A DNA stretch of 64,000 bases from Alphaproteobacteria bacterium (GTDB lineage: Bacteria > Pseudomonadota > Alphaproteobacteria > UBA828): positions 1,088,001 to 1,152,000 of the forward strand of contig CBDCCI010000002.1 in assembly GCA_965214705.1 (NCBI GenBank), given 5' to 3'. This document shows, one piece after another, positions 53,165 to 62,327 of this stretch. The position numbers were made by a program, and so were the translations under genes. Each line of letters opens with the position of its first letter. Position 1 is the stretch's first letter. The notes beneath the pieces were generated by a model. It did not search any database, was not told the DNA's origin, and saw nothing but the letters and a program-made list of their open reading frames with translations.

Positions 53165-53272
53165 TTGGTGTCCAAAGGGGTGCCGCATGACGGGCCCCAC
53201 CAGGGCATGGAACCGGTTCGGCCATAACGGCGGACCACTGACTGACTTGCTTCAGAAAGGAGTCACACCATG
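53165..53272 (+). ncRNA. ROSE-type RNA thermometer in the ibpA 5' UTR
   Basis: The 3' hairpin TGACTTGCT-TCAGAA-AGGAGTCA (53243-53265) pairs the U(U/C)GCU motif, with its bulged G, against the Shine-Dalgarno. Two further hairpins lie upstream. Confidence 0.75.
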
Positions 53273-53722
53273 CGTGCATTCGATCTTTCCCCGCTCTTCA
53301 GTACCACGGTCGGTTTCGACCGGATGGCCCGGCTGCTCGAGCAGGTGCCGAGCGAGACGGCGCCGACCTATCCGCCCTACAACATCCAGAAGATGGACGA
53401 GAACGCTTACCGCGTGACGCTGGCTGTTGCCGGCTTCGGCGATGACGAGATCAGCATCGAGGTGAAGGAGAACCTGCTCACCGTCGCGGGCAAGCTTGCC
53501 AAGGAGAATGGCGCGAACGAGAGCTATCTCCACCGTGGCATCGCCACCCGTGCGTTCGAGCGGCGCTTCAACCTCGCCGATCACATCCAGGTGACGGGTG
53601 CGGCGCTCGACAAGGGCCTGCTTCACATCGACTTGGTGCGCGAGCTCCCCGAAGCGCTCAAGGCGCGCAAGATCGCCATCGAGACCGGCGGCCAGAAGCG
53701 GCTCGACCGCAAGGCCTCCTGA
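53270..53722 (+). CDS. ibpA: Small heat shock protein (Hsp20, IbpA-like)
   Basis: FDLSPLF..TVGFDR, YPPYNI, LAVAGF, YLHRGIA.RAFERRF.LA, GLL.IDL, IAI motif. Confidence 0.93.
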   Translation: MRAFDLSPLFSTTVGFDRMARLLEQVPSETAPTYPPYNIQKMDENAYRVTLAVAGFGDDEISIEVKENLLTVAGKLAKENGANESYLHRGIATRAFERRFNLADHIQVTGAALDKGLLHIDLVRELPEALKARKIAIETGGQKRLDRKAS

Positions 53723-53767
53723 TCGGTCCAGACCGCCGGATCGCCTTGCGATCCAGGTGAAGTGAGC

Positions 53768-53805
53768 GGGGCGCGGGCCAAAGGGCTCGCGCCCCTTTGC
53801 TATTT
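53768..53805 (+). terminator. Rho-independent terminator after ibpA
   Basis: GGGGCGCGGGCC-AAAG-GGCTCGCGCCCC stem followed by TTTGCTATTT. Confidence 0.7.
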
Positions 53806-53969
53806 GGCGCCGCCCTCTTCGAGCGCGTTGGCGGTGCATTCGTACCACTACGTAGGGCAGGAAAATTCTCTGCGTAGAAATGGTCGCAGGCGTTTCTCCG
53901 TGCTAACGTGCGCGCGGACCGAGCGGCGCGCCCTCCGGGCGCGCCTGGTCCTGACGCGGGAGGATGGAA

Positions 53970-55334
53970 ATGGCATTGAGGAACGGATTGCGTCGCGGCA
54001 TGAGCGGAGTGCTGGCTGCGGCAGTGGTTGCCGGCGGGCTTTCGGTGGCGGCCACGACGACTTTCACGAGCGGTGAGGCTCAGGCGCAGGACGAGCAGTT
54101 CATTCCCCTGCTCGTCTACCGGACCGGGCCTTATGCGCCTAACGGCATTCCGGCCGCGAACGGCGCGCTTGACTATTACTCGCTGATCAATGAGCGCGAC
54201 GGCGGGGTCAACGGCGTCGCGCTCGCCTTCGAGGAGTGCGAGTACCGCTACGACACGAAGCTCGGCGTCGAGTGCTACGAGCGCCTCAAGAACCAGGGGC
54301 CGACAGGGGCCTCCATCGTCATGCCGCTGTCCACCGGCGTGACCTATCAGCTGAACCCGAGGGCGCCGGTGGACCAGATTCCGGTGCACTCGATGGGCTA
54401 CGGGCAGACTGCGGCCTCCGACGGGCGCGTCTTCCCGTGGACCTTCACCTTCCCCACCACGTACTGGAGCCAGGCCTCGGCCTTCATCAAGTTCGTCGGC
54501 GCCGAGGAAGGCGGCATGGAGAATCTGGCCGGCAAGACGATCGTGCTGGTCTACCACAACAGCCCCTACGGCAAGGAGCCGATCCCGACACTGCAGGTGC
54601 TGGCGGAGAAGTTCGGCTACACGCTCGAGCTGCTTCCGGTCGACCATCCGGGGCAGGAGCAGAGAGCGACCTGGCTGCAGATTCGCAAGATCAGGCCCGA
54701 CTGGACCTTCCTGTGGGGCTGGGGCGTGATGAACCAGGTGGCGCTCAAGGAAGCGGCGGCCATCGCCTATGACATGGAGCGTCTGATCGGCGTGTGGTGG
54801 TCTTCCAGCGAGTCCGACGTCGTGCCGGCCGGCGACGATGCCATCGGCTATCGGGGCGGCTCGTTCCACTCGCCGGGCGCGGGCTTCGCGCTCCACGACG
54901 AGATCCTGCAAACCCTCTATGGCGGCGACGCGGCGGCTGCTGCGGAGAAGAACTTCGGCGAGGTTCTCTACAATCGCGGGCTCCTGAGCTCGGTCTACAC
55001 GACCGAGGCGATCCGCACCGCCCAGGCCAAGTACGGCAACCGGCCGCTCACCGGTGAAGAGGTGCGCTGGGGTCTGGAGAACCTCGACCTGACCGAGGAG
55101 CGGCTGGCCGAGCTCGGCCTTGCCGGCTTCACTCCGCCGGTGAAGATCACCTGCGAGGACCATGAGGGCAACGGCCCCGTGATCATCCAGCAGTGGGACG
55201 GTTCGGCCTGGAACATCGTCAGCGACTGGATCGAGCCCATGCAGGATGTCGTGCGCCCGATGATCGAGGCTGCTGCGGCCCAGTACGCGGAGGAGAACAA
55301 CATCACCCCGCGCGACTGCTCGCAGGAGATGTGA
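53970..55334 (+). CDS. ABC transporter substrate-binding protein (branched-chain amino acid/Liv-type)
   Basis: Signal peptide, YRTGPYAPNG, GVECYERLK, YHNSPYGKEP, WGWGVMN, C.DHEG. ATG 53970 has better RBS spacing than 53964. Confidence 0.88.
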   Translation: MALRNGLRRGMSGVLAAAVVAGGLSVAATTTFTSGEAQAQDEQFIPLLVYRTGPYAPNGIPAANGALDYYSLINERDGGVNGVALAFEECEYRYDTKLGVECYERLKNQGPTGASIVMPLSTGVTYQLNPRAPVDQIPVHSMGYGQTAASDGRVFPWTFTFPTTYWSQASAFIKFVGAEEGGMENLAGKTIVLVYHNSPYGKEPIPTLQVLAEKFGYTLELLPVDHPGQEQRATWLQIRKIRPDWTFLWGWGVMNQVALKEAAAIAYDMERLIGVWWSSSESDVVPAGDDAIGYRGGSFHSPGAGFALHDEILQTLYGGDAAAAAEKNFGEVLYNRGLLSSVYTTEAIRTAQAKYGNRPLTGEEVRWGLENLDLTEERLAELGLAGFTPPVKITCEDHEGNGPVIIQQWDGSAWNIVSDWIEPMQDVVRPMIEAAAAQYAEENNITPRDCSQEM

Positions 55335-56170
55335 CGCTACAATCGGAGAGTGTGGCCGGGGGTGGCGGCGAGGAAACCGCTGCCACCCCTGAGGCCCTGC
55401 TGCGTCTCGACGCGGTCGAGGTCGTCTATGATCATGTGATCTCGGTCCTGCAGGGCGTCAGCATCGCCGTCCCCGAAGGGGGGATCGTCGCCCTGCTGGG
55501 GCCGAACGGCGCCGGCAAGTCCACCACGCTCAAGGCGGTCTCCAACCTGCTGCGCGTGGAGCGGGGCGATATCACCGGGGGCCAAATCCACTTTCGGGGC
55601 GAGCGCATTGACAAGCTCGCGCCGGGCGATCTCGTGCGCCGCGGCATCATCCAGGTCATGGAGGGAAGGCGCTGCTTCCCCCATCTCACGGTGCACGAGA
55701 ACCTGCTGACCGGCTCCTATACCAGGAAGGACGGCAAGGCGGCGGTAAGCGCCGATCTTGAGCGGGTCTATGCGCACTTCCCCGCCCTTGCCGAGCGGCG
55801 TCGTATCCTCGCGGGCTTCATCTCGGGCGGCGAGCAGCAGATGCTCGCCATCGGCCGCGCGCTGATGTCGCGGCCCACTATGGTCCTTCTCGACGAGCCA
55901 TCCATGGGCCTCGCGCCGCAGGTGGTGGCTCGGATTTTCTCGGAAGTCCGCCTCCTCAACCGGGAGGAAGGGGTCACCTTCCTGCTTGCCGAGCAGAACG
56001 CCAACGTGGCCCTCGGCGTGGCCGACTACGGCTACATCATGGACAGTGGCCAGATCGCCCTGGAAGGCACTGCTGAGGAGCTCCACGGAAATCCGGCGGT
56101 GAGAGAGCACTATCTCGGCCTTTCGCACGCCGCCGACGCTGCCTCGGATGAAGGCGGCCATGCCGGCTGA
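55331..56170 (+). CDS. ABC transporter ATP-binding protein (LivF-like)
   Basis: GPNGAGKSTT, V.EGRR.F, SGGEQQMLAIGRALM, LDEPSMGLAP, EQN. Confidence 0.9.
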   Translation: MTLQSESVAGGGGEETAATPEALLRLDAVEVVYDHVISVLQGVSIAVPEGGIVALLGPNGAGKSTTLKAVSNLLRVERGDITGGQIHFRGERIDKLAPGDLVRRGIIQVMEGRRCFPHLTVHENLLTGSYTRKDGKAAVSADLERVYAHFPALAERRRILAGFISGGEQQMLAIGRALMSRPTMVLLDEPSMGLAPQVVARIFSEVRLLNREEGVTFLLAEQNANVALGVADYGYIMDSGQIALEGTAEELHGNPAVREHYLGLSHAADAASDEGGHAG

Positions 56171-56975
56171 CGCGAAGAACGGCCACCCGGCGCCGGGCGA
56201 GCCCATGCTCAGCGTGGAGGGCATCGCGCTCCGCTTTGGCGGCGTCCAGGCACTGGCCGGTGTCGAGTTCACGATTTATGCCGGTGAGATTTGCGCCATC
56301 ATCGGACCCAACGGCGCCGGCAAGACCTCCATGCTTAACGTGCTGAACGGCGCCTATCAGCCGAGCGAGGGCACCATCACCTTCAAGGGTCGCACGCGCC
56401 GCAAGATGCACCCACGCGTCGCCGCCCTAGAGGGCATGGCGCGCACTTTTCAAAATGTCGCGCTGTTCAAGGGCATGAGCACGCTCGACAACGTGATGGC
56501 CGGCCGCAACCTCAAGATGCGCAGCAACTTTGTGGCCTGCCTGCTGCCTGTAGGACCGTCGCGGGCGGAGGAAGCGCGCCACCGCGCCCATGCAGATGAG
56601 GTCATCAGCTTTCTCGAGATCCAGGACATCCGCAACGTGCCGGTGGGCCGGCTGCCTTACGGCCTGCAGAAGCGGGTGGAGCTCGCCCGCGCGCTCGCGG
56701 CCGAGCCCGATCTGCTCCTGCTCGACGAGCCCATGGCCGGGATGAACCGGGGTGAGAAGGCCGAGATGAGCCGCTTCATCCTGGAGACCAAGGCGCGCTT
56801 CGGCACGACCATGGCCCTGATCGAGCACGACATGAGCGTGGTCATGGAGCTTTCCGACCACATCGTGGTGCTCGACTACGGCCGCAAGATTGCCGACGGC
56901 ACGCCCGAGGAGGTGCGCACCGACCAGACCGTGATCGACGCCTATCTGGGCGTCGCGACCGAGGACGACGCGTGA
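56160..56975 (+). CDS. ABC transporter ATP-binding protein (LivG-like)
   Basis: FGGVQAL, GPNGAGKTS, RTFQN, LPYGLQKRVELARAL, LDEPMAGMN, IEHDM, AYLG. Confidence 0.9.
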   Translation: MPADAKNGHPAPGEPMLSVEGIALRFGGVQALAGVEFTIYAGEICAIIGPNGAGKTSMLNVLNGAYQPSEGTITFKGRTRRKMHPRVAALEGMARTFQNVALFKGMSTLDNVMAGRNLKMRSNFVACLLPVGPSRAEEARHRAHADEVISFLEIQDIRNVPVGRLPYGLQKRVELARALAAEPDLLLLDEPMAGMNRGEKAEMSRFILETKARFGTTMALIEHDMSVVMELSDHIVVLDYGRKIADGTPEEVRTDQTVIDAYLGVATEDDA

Positions 56976-57910
56976 TGGAGTTTCTCTGGGACTTCTTCGT
57001 CGCGCCCTTCATCGACATGATCGAGTTCCCCATATTCCTGGCCGAGGTCGCGGTCTCCGGTCTGCTCACCGGCGTCATGTACTCGCTGGTGGCGCTCGGC
57101 TTCGTGCTTATCTTCAAGGCCTCCCAGGTGTTCAACTTCGCACAGGGCGCGATGGTGCTGTTCGCCGCGCTCACTCTGGTGGGATTGATGGAGCACGGCG
57201 TGCCGGTCTGGGGCGCGCTGCCAGTCACGGCGATCGTCATGGTCGCGCTTGCCTTCGCGATCGAGCGCGGGATGCTGCGCCCGCTGATCAATCAGCCGCC
57301 GATCACGCTCTTCATGGCGACCATCGGACTGAGCTTCCTGCTCGAGGGCGCCGGCGAATGGGTCTGGGGCTCGAACGTGAAGGCGCTCGACCTCGGCATT
57401 CCGAATTCCCCGGTCGATGTCGGTGGCATGCTGCTGAACGAGTTCGACCTCATTGCCGCCCTGGTGGCGGCGGTGCTCGTGGCGGCGCTGGCGCTGATCT
57501 TCCAGCACACGCCCATGGGCCGCGCGCTCAGGGCCGTAGCCGACGATCCGCAGGCCGCGCTCTCCCTCGGCATCTCGCTCCGGACCATCTGGATCATCGT
57601 GTGGTCGGTGGCGGGGGTCGTCGCTATCGTCGCCGGTATCATGTGGGGCGCGAAGAGCGGCGTGCAGTTCAGCCTGTCGCTGATCGCGCTGAAGGCGCTG
57701 CCCGTGCTCATCCTGGGTGGGCTGACGTCCGTTCCCGGCGCCATCGTCGGCGGGCTCATCATCGGCCTCGGGGAGAAGGTCGCCGAGGTCTATTGGGGCC
57801 CGGTGATCGGCGGCGCGATCGAAAACTGGTTCGCCTACATGCTGGCGATGCTGGTTCTCATGTTCCGGCCCCAAGGCCTGTTCGGCGAGAAGATCATCGA
57901 GCGGGTGTGA
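56972..57910 (+). CDS. Branched-chain amino acid ABC transporter permease (LivH-like)
   Basis: YSLVALGFVLIFKAS.VFNFAQG, GRALRAVADD, LGGL.S.PGA, RPQGLFGEKIIERV. Confidence 0.9.
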   Translation: MMEFLWDFFVAPFIDMIEFPIFLAEVAVSGLLTGVMYSLVALGFVLIFKASQVFNFAQGAMVLFAALTLVGLMEHGVPVWGALPVTAIVMVALAFAIERGMLRPLINQPPITLFMATIGLSFLLEGAGEWVWGSNVKALDLGIPNSPVDVGGMLLNEFDLIAALVAAVLVAALALIFQHTPMGRALRAVADDPQAALSLGISLRTIWIIVWSVAGVVAIVAGIMWGAKSGVQFSLSLIALKALPVLILGGLTSVPGAIVGGLIIGLGEKVAEVYWGPVIGGAIENWFAYMLAMLVLMFRPQGLFGEKIIERV

Positions 57911-58962
57911 CCGTGCTCAGCTATTTCAACGACCTCTACAGCACCTTCTTCGCGACCCGTTCGCGCACGATCAACACGGTCTTCGTGACCGTGATCTCGT
58001 TGCTCGCGCTCTTCGCCGTTCCGACGTTGGCGAACGAATACTGGCTGCAGGCGATTCTGATTCCGTTCCTGATCTTTGCGCTCGCGGCGCTTGGGCTCAA
58101 CCTGCTCACCGGCTTCGCCGGCCAGCTCTCGCTCGGCACCGGCGGCTTCATGGCGGTCGGTGCCTATTCAGCCTTCAAGATGACGACCGCGTGGCCCGAG
58201 TTGGATATCATCGCCATCTTCTTCATCTCCGGCTTCTTCGCCGCCGGTGTCGGCATCCTGTTCGGACTGCCGAGCCTGCGCATCAAGGGCTTCTATCTGG
58301 CGGTGGCGACGCTCGCCGCGCAGTTCTTCCTGATCTGGCTCTTCAACCGGGTGCCGTGGTTCTACAACGACAACCCGTCGGGCACGATCACGGCGCCGCC
58401 GCGCACCTTCGCAGGCGTCATGGTCACGGGGCCCGAGGCCGCCGCAGAGGTGCGCTATCTGGTGGCGCTCGTCCTGTTGGCGGTCTTCGTCTTCTTCTCC
58501 TGGAATCTGATGCGGAGCCGCTTCGGCCGCGCCTGGATGGCGGTGCGCGACATGGACGTGGCCGCCGAGATCGTCGGCATCCCGCTGCTCCGCACCAAGC
58601 TGCTTGCCTTCGGCGTGAGCTCCTATCTCTGCGGCGTCGCCGGCGCGCTCTTCGTCTTCCTCTATCTGGGCAGCGCCGAGACCATCGCCTTCGACGTCAA
58701 CGTCTCATTCCTGGTGCTCTTCATGATCATCGTGGGCGGCCTCGGGTCGATCACGGGCTCGATTATCGGTGCCGCTTTCATCACCATCCTGCCGATCTTC
58801 CTGACCAACCTGAACCCGATCCTCGGCATCGACCTCGCCGTCGACCTCGCCAAGCATATCGAGGTCATCATCTTCGGCGGCCTCATCATCGTGATCCTGA
58901 TCCTCGAGCCGCACGGTATGGCGCGCCTCATCCAGATCTCGCGAGAGCGCCTGCGAATCTAG
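57907..58962 (+). CDS. Branched-chain amino acid ABC transporter permease (LivM-like)
   Basis: GLNLLTG.AGQ.SLG, PSLRIKGFYLAVATLA, GRAWMAVRD, IVGGLGS, EPHG.A; GTG start overlaps the livH stop. Confidence 0.88.
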   Translation: MTVLSYFNDLYSTFFATRSRTINTVFVTVISLLALFAVPTLANEYWLQAILIPFLIFALAALGLNLLTGFAGQLSLGTGGFMAVGAYSAFKMTTAWPELDIIAIFFISGFFAAGVGILFGLPSLRIKGFYLAVATLAAQFFLIWLFNRVPWFYNDNPSGTITAPPRTFAGVMVTGPEAAAEVRYLVALVLLAVFVFFSWNLMRSRFGRAWMAVRDMDVAAEIVGIPLLRTKLLAFGVSSYLCGVAGALFVFLYLGSAETIAFDVNVSFLVLFMIIVGGLGSITGSIIGAAFITILPIFLTNLNPILGIDLAVDLAKHIEVIIFGGLIIVILILEPHGMARLIQISRERLRI

Positions 58963-59262
58963 CCCGCAACTTTCGACAGGGTCGTTGACTGTCTAGCCCG
59001 CCTTTCTCACCAAGGTCCCGGCCTGCGGTCCGACTCCCTGGAACATGGTGCGATGCAAGCCGTGCGTCGTTCGAGCCAGGATCGAGCAATGCAGCGACTA
59101 TTCTGCCGTGCGCGAGCGTGTTCTTGCGCCCGCGTCCCTTTGGCACGAAGCGACTCTGGCACGCGCGACATCCCACTTTTCCCACTTATCCAACTTAATC
59201 CCGGTGAATCCCGGGAAAAATTGTTGCTTCGCGCGTCTCGTGGGCCATTGGCGGGTGCCGCC

Positions 59263-60606
59263 TCAGCGGCCGCGCCGTTCCGGAATGATGCCGCGCGGGC
59301 TGAAGCGCATGACGACGAGCAGGATCAGCCCCATCACGATCAGGCGCATGTAGGCCGCGCTGTCGAGCAGGTGGGCGCGGAGCGGGTTGTCTTCGGGAAG
59401 GCCAGCGGTGATCACATCCATCAGCCAGAAGCCGGCGGGCTCGGCCTCGACCCACACGAACCAGACCAGGAACCCGCCGAACACGGCGCCCCAGTTGTTG
59501 CCCGAGCCGCCGACGATCACCATCACCCAGACCAGGAAGGTGAAGCGGAGCGGCTGATAGCTGCCCGGCGTGAACTGCCCGTCCAGCGTGGTCAGCATGG
59601 CGCCCGCGATCCCCATCACCGCCGCGCCCAGCACGAAGATCTGCATGTGGCGCCTGGTCACGTCCTTGCCCATCGCCGCTGCCGCGTCCTCGTTGTCGCG
59701 GATGGCGCGCATCATCCGGCCCCAGGGCGAGTTCAGCGCGCGCTCGGCGAGCCAGACGACCGCGATCAGGACCAGCGCGAACAGCACCGCGTAGCAGAGC
59801 TTCACGAAGATGCTCGAGCCCGTGGTCGGATCCGCGCCGAGCCACTGGACCAGGTCGAGGAACCAGGCGCTCTGCTGCAAGTCGATCTCGTAGGGTACCG
59901 GCCGGTCGAGGCCCGTGACGTTCTTCACGCCGCGGCTGAGCCAGTCCTCGTTCTTGATGACGGTGATGACGATCTCGGCGATGCCGAGGGTTGCGATGGC
60001 GAAGTAGTCCGAGCGCAGGCCGAGTGCGACCTTGCCGATGAGCCACGCCGCGCCGGCGGCGAGCAGACCGCCGACAATCCAAGAGAGGATGATCGGCAGG
60101 CCGGCGCCGCCCAGATAGCCGGTGGTGGCGCTGTCGATGCGTTCGATCTCGTCTACCGCCGGGTCGAAGAAGATGCGGGCGATGAAGAAGCCGGCGACGA
60201 GGACGATCGCCGTCCCCGCCGTGCGCAGCGGTTTTCTCCGCACGAAGCGGCGCAGCAGCACGATCAGCAGTGCGGCCGCCACCACCACCGCAAGCGCGAT
60301 GCCGAGACCCGCGCCACCCGCCGACCATGCTTCCGCCACCGGCGACTGCGAGATGAGCACACCGGCCAGGCCGCCGAGCGCCGCGAAGCCCATCACGCCG
60401 ACGTTGAGCAGGCCGGCGTAGCCCCACTGCATGTTGAGGCCGAGAGCCATGATCGCGGAGATCAGGCAGAGGTTGAGGATCGAGAGGCTGACCACCCAGG
60501 ACTGACCGACCCCGACCGCGATCAACAGCGCCGCCATGCCGGCGAAGAGCAGAGGCGTGCGAAGCCTGGGCGTCCAAAGGACAGGCCTAGAGAGCTTCGT
60601 CCTCAT
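59263..60606 (-). CDS. Branched-chain amino acid ABC transporter permease (LivM-like)
   Basis: GLNMQWGYAGL.N.G, LRSDY.AIATLG, SPWGRMMRAIRDNE, VGGSGNN.G, PRGIIPE. Confidence 0.9.
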   Translation of the reverse strand: MRTKLSRPVLWTPRLRTPLLFAGMAALLIAVGVGQSWVVSLSILNLCLISAIMALGLNMQWGYAGLLNVGVMGFAALGGLAGVLISQSPVAEAWSAGGAGLGIALAVVVAAALLIVLLRRFVRRKPLRTAGTAIVLVAGFFIARIFFDPAVDEIERIDSATTGYLGGAGLPIILSWIVGGLLAAGAAWLIGKVALGLRSDYFAIATLGIAEIVITVIKNEDWLSRGVKNVTGLDRPVPYEIDLQQSAWFLDLVQWLGADPTTGSSIFVKLCYAVLFALVLIAVVWLAERALNSPWGRMMRAIRDNEDAAAAMGKDVTRRHMQIFVLGAAVMGIAGAMLTTLDGQFTPGSYQPLRFTFLVWVMVIVGGSGNNWGAVFGGFLVWFVWVEAEPAGFWLMDVITAGLPEDNPLRAHLLDSAAYMRLIVMGLILLVVMRFSPRGIIPERRGR

Positions 60607-61619
60607 GACAGCACCCGCCCGCGGAAGATCCCGGTCGGGCGCACCAGCAGCACGACCACCAGGATGACGAAGGAGATCGCGAGCTTGTAATCGGTGGACA
60701 GCAGCTGCATGAGCCCGCTCGGCTCCCAGCTCTCAGGCACCAGGTAGCGCAGGAACTTCTTGTAGGCGTAAGTCACCGAGGTCTCGGAGAGCGCCACGAT
60801 GAAGCCGCCGGCGACCGCGCCGATGGGGTGGCCGATGCCGCCCAGGATCGCCGAAGCGAAGATGGGCAGGAGCAGCTGGAAATAGGTGAAGGGTTTGTAG
60901 CTCTTGTCGATGCCGTACATGGTGCCGGCCACCGCAGCCAGGGTGGCGGCGATCAGCCAGGCGTAGAACACTACGCGGTCGGGGCTCACGCCCGAGAGCA
61001 GCGCCAGGTCCTCGTTATCCGAATAGGCGCGCATCGCCTTGCCGGCCCGTGTCCGGTGCAGGAACCAGAAGAGCGCGGCCACCGCGACCGCGGTGACGGC
61101 GACGGTCAGCCCCTGCGAGAGCTTGATCGCGAGGCCTTCCTTCAACCCGGTCGCTGTCTTGAATTCGGAGGCCTTGATAATGAAGCGCGCTCCGTCGGCG
61201 AGGCGCCGGTCGTCGGGGCCGATGATGAAGCGGACGATGCCCTGCAGCGCGAACATCACGCCGACCGAGGCGATCAGCAGGATCACCGGCGGGCTCTTGC
61301 GCCGCCGGTAGAAGCGGAAGACGACGCGGTCCGCAGCCAGGTTGAAGGCGGCCGCGCCCACGATCCCGAAGGGCAAGGCGATGAGCGCCGTCGGCAGCGG
61401 CGCGATGCCGACGCCCATCCCCTGGAACCACCACGTGGTCAGCAGCACGACCATGGTGCCGAACGCCATCACGTCGCCGTGGGCGAAGTTGGCGAAGCGC
61501 AGGATGCCGAAGATGAGCGTGACTCCCAGGGCGCCGAGGGCGAGCTGGGAGCCGTAGGCGACGCCCGGCACGATCACGAAATTCAGCAGCAGGACGATCG
61601 CGTTCGCGACGTCGGTCAT
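60603..61619 (-). CDS. Branched-chain amino acid ABC transporter permease (LivH-like)
   Basis: LGALGVTLIFGILRFANFAHG, GKAMRA.SDN..LA..SG, LGGIG.P.GA, RPTGIF. Confidence 0.9.
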   Translation of the reverse strand: MTDVANAIVLLLNFVIVPGVAYGSQLALGALGVTLIFGILRFANFAHGDVMAFGTMVVLLTTWWFQGMGVGIAPLPTALIALPFGIVGAAAFNLAADRVVFRFYRRRKSPPVILLIASVGVMFALQGIVRFIIGPDDRRLADGARFIIKASEFKTATGLKEGLAIKLSQGLTVAVTAVAVAALFWFLHRTRAGKAMRAYSDNEDLALLSGVSPDRVVFYAWLIAATLAAVAGTMYGIDKSYKPFTYFQLLLPIFASAILGGIGHPIGAVAGGFIVALSETSVTYAYKKFLRYLVPESWEPSGLMQLLSTDYKLAISFVILVVVLLVRPTGIFRGRVLS

Positions 61620-61622
61620 GGG

Positions 61623-62327
61623 CTACCCGCCGAGGAACGAGCGCCGGACTTCGGGGTCGACGAGGAGCGCTTCGCCGGTGTCCGTGTGGCGGTTCTGGCC
61701 GGTGACGAGCACATAGCCCCGATCGGCGATGGTGAGCGCCTGGGCAGCGTTCTGCTCGACCATCAGGATGGCGATGCCGGTCGCGCGGATCTCCAGGATG
61801 CGGTCGAAGAGATCGTCCATCACCACGGGCGAAACGCCGGCGGTGGGCTCGTCCAGCATGAGCAGCCGGGGCTCGGTCATCAGCGCCCGGCCGATGGCCA
61901 CCTGCTGGCGCTGGCCGCCGGAAAGCTCGCCGGCGGGCTGGCGCCGCCTCTCCTTTAGGATCGGGAAGAGGTCGAAGACCCGCGCCATGGTCTCGGCCAC
62001 ACCGACGTCGCGGATGTAGGCGCCCATCTCCAGGTTTTCCTGGACGGTCATGGTGGTGAAGACGTTGCGCTCCTGCGGCACAAAGCCCATGCCCTTGCGC
62101 ACGCGCTCCTGCGGGCTCAGCCGGGTGATGTCCTCGCCGTCGAGCCGGACCGTGCCCTCCCGCAGCACGATCATGCCGAAGACCGCCTTCATCGCGGTCG
62201 ACTTGCCCGCGCCGTTGGGCCCCACGATCACGGCGACCTCACCCTGCTCGGCCTCGATGGTGCAGTCGCGGATGATGTCCGCGCCGCCGTAGCCGCCGGT
62301 CATGCCTTCGCCGGTGAGAAAGCTCAT
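61623..62327 (-). CDS. ABC transporter ATP-binding protein (LivF-like)
   Basis: GPNGAGKST, FVPQ..NVF, LSGGQRQ, LDEPTAG.SP, VEQNA. Confidence 0.92.
   Translation of the reverse strand: MSFLTGEGMTGGYGGADIIRDCTIEAEQGEVAVIVGPNGAGKSTAMKAVFGMIVLREGTVRLDGEDITRLSPQERVRKGMGFVPQERNVFTTMTVQENLEMGAYIRDVGVAETMARVFDLFPILKERRRQPAGELSGGQRQQVAIGRALMTEPRLLMLDEPTAGVSPVVMDDLFDRILEIRATGIAILMVEQNAAQALTIADRGYVLVTGQNRHTDTGEALLVDPEVRRSFLGG

Noticed and set aside
59141-59172. Sigma54 promoter (TGGCAC copies)
   Set aside because: The -12 TTGC element is absent at the required spacing and no gene lies downstream.
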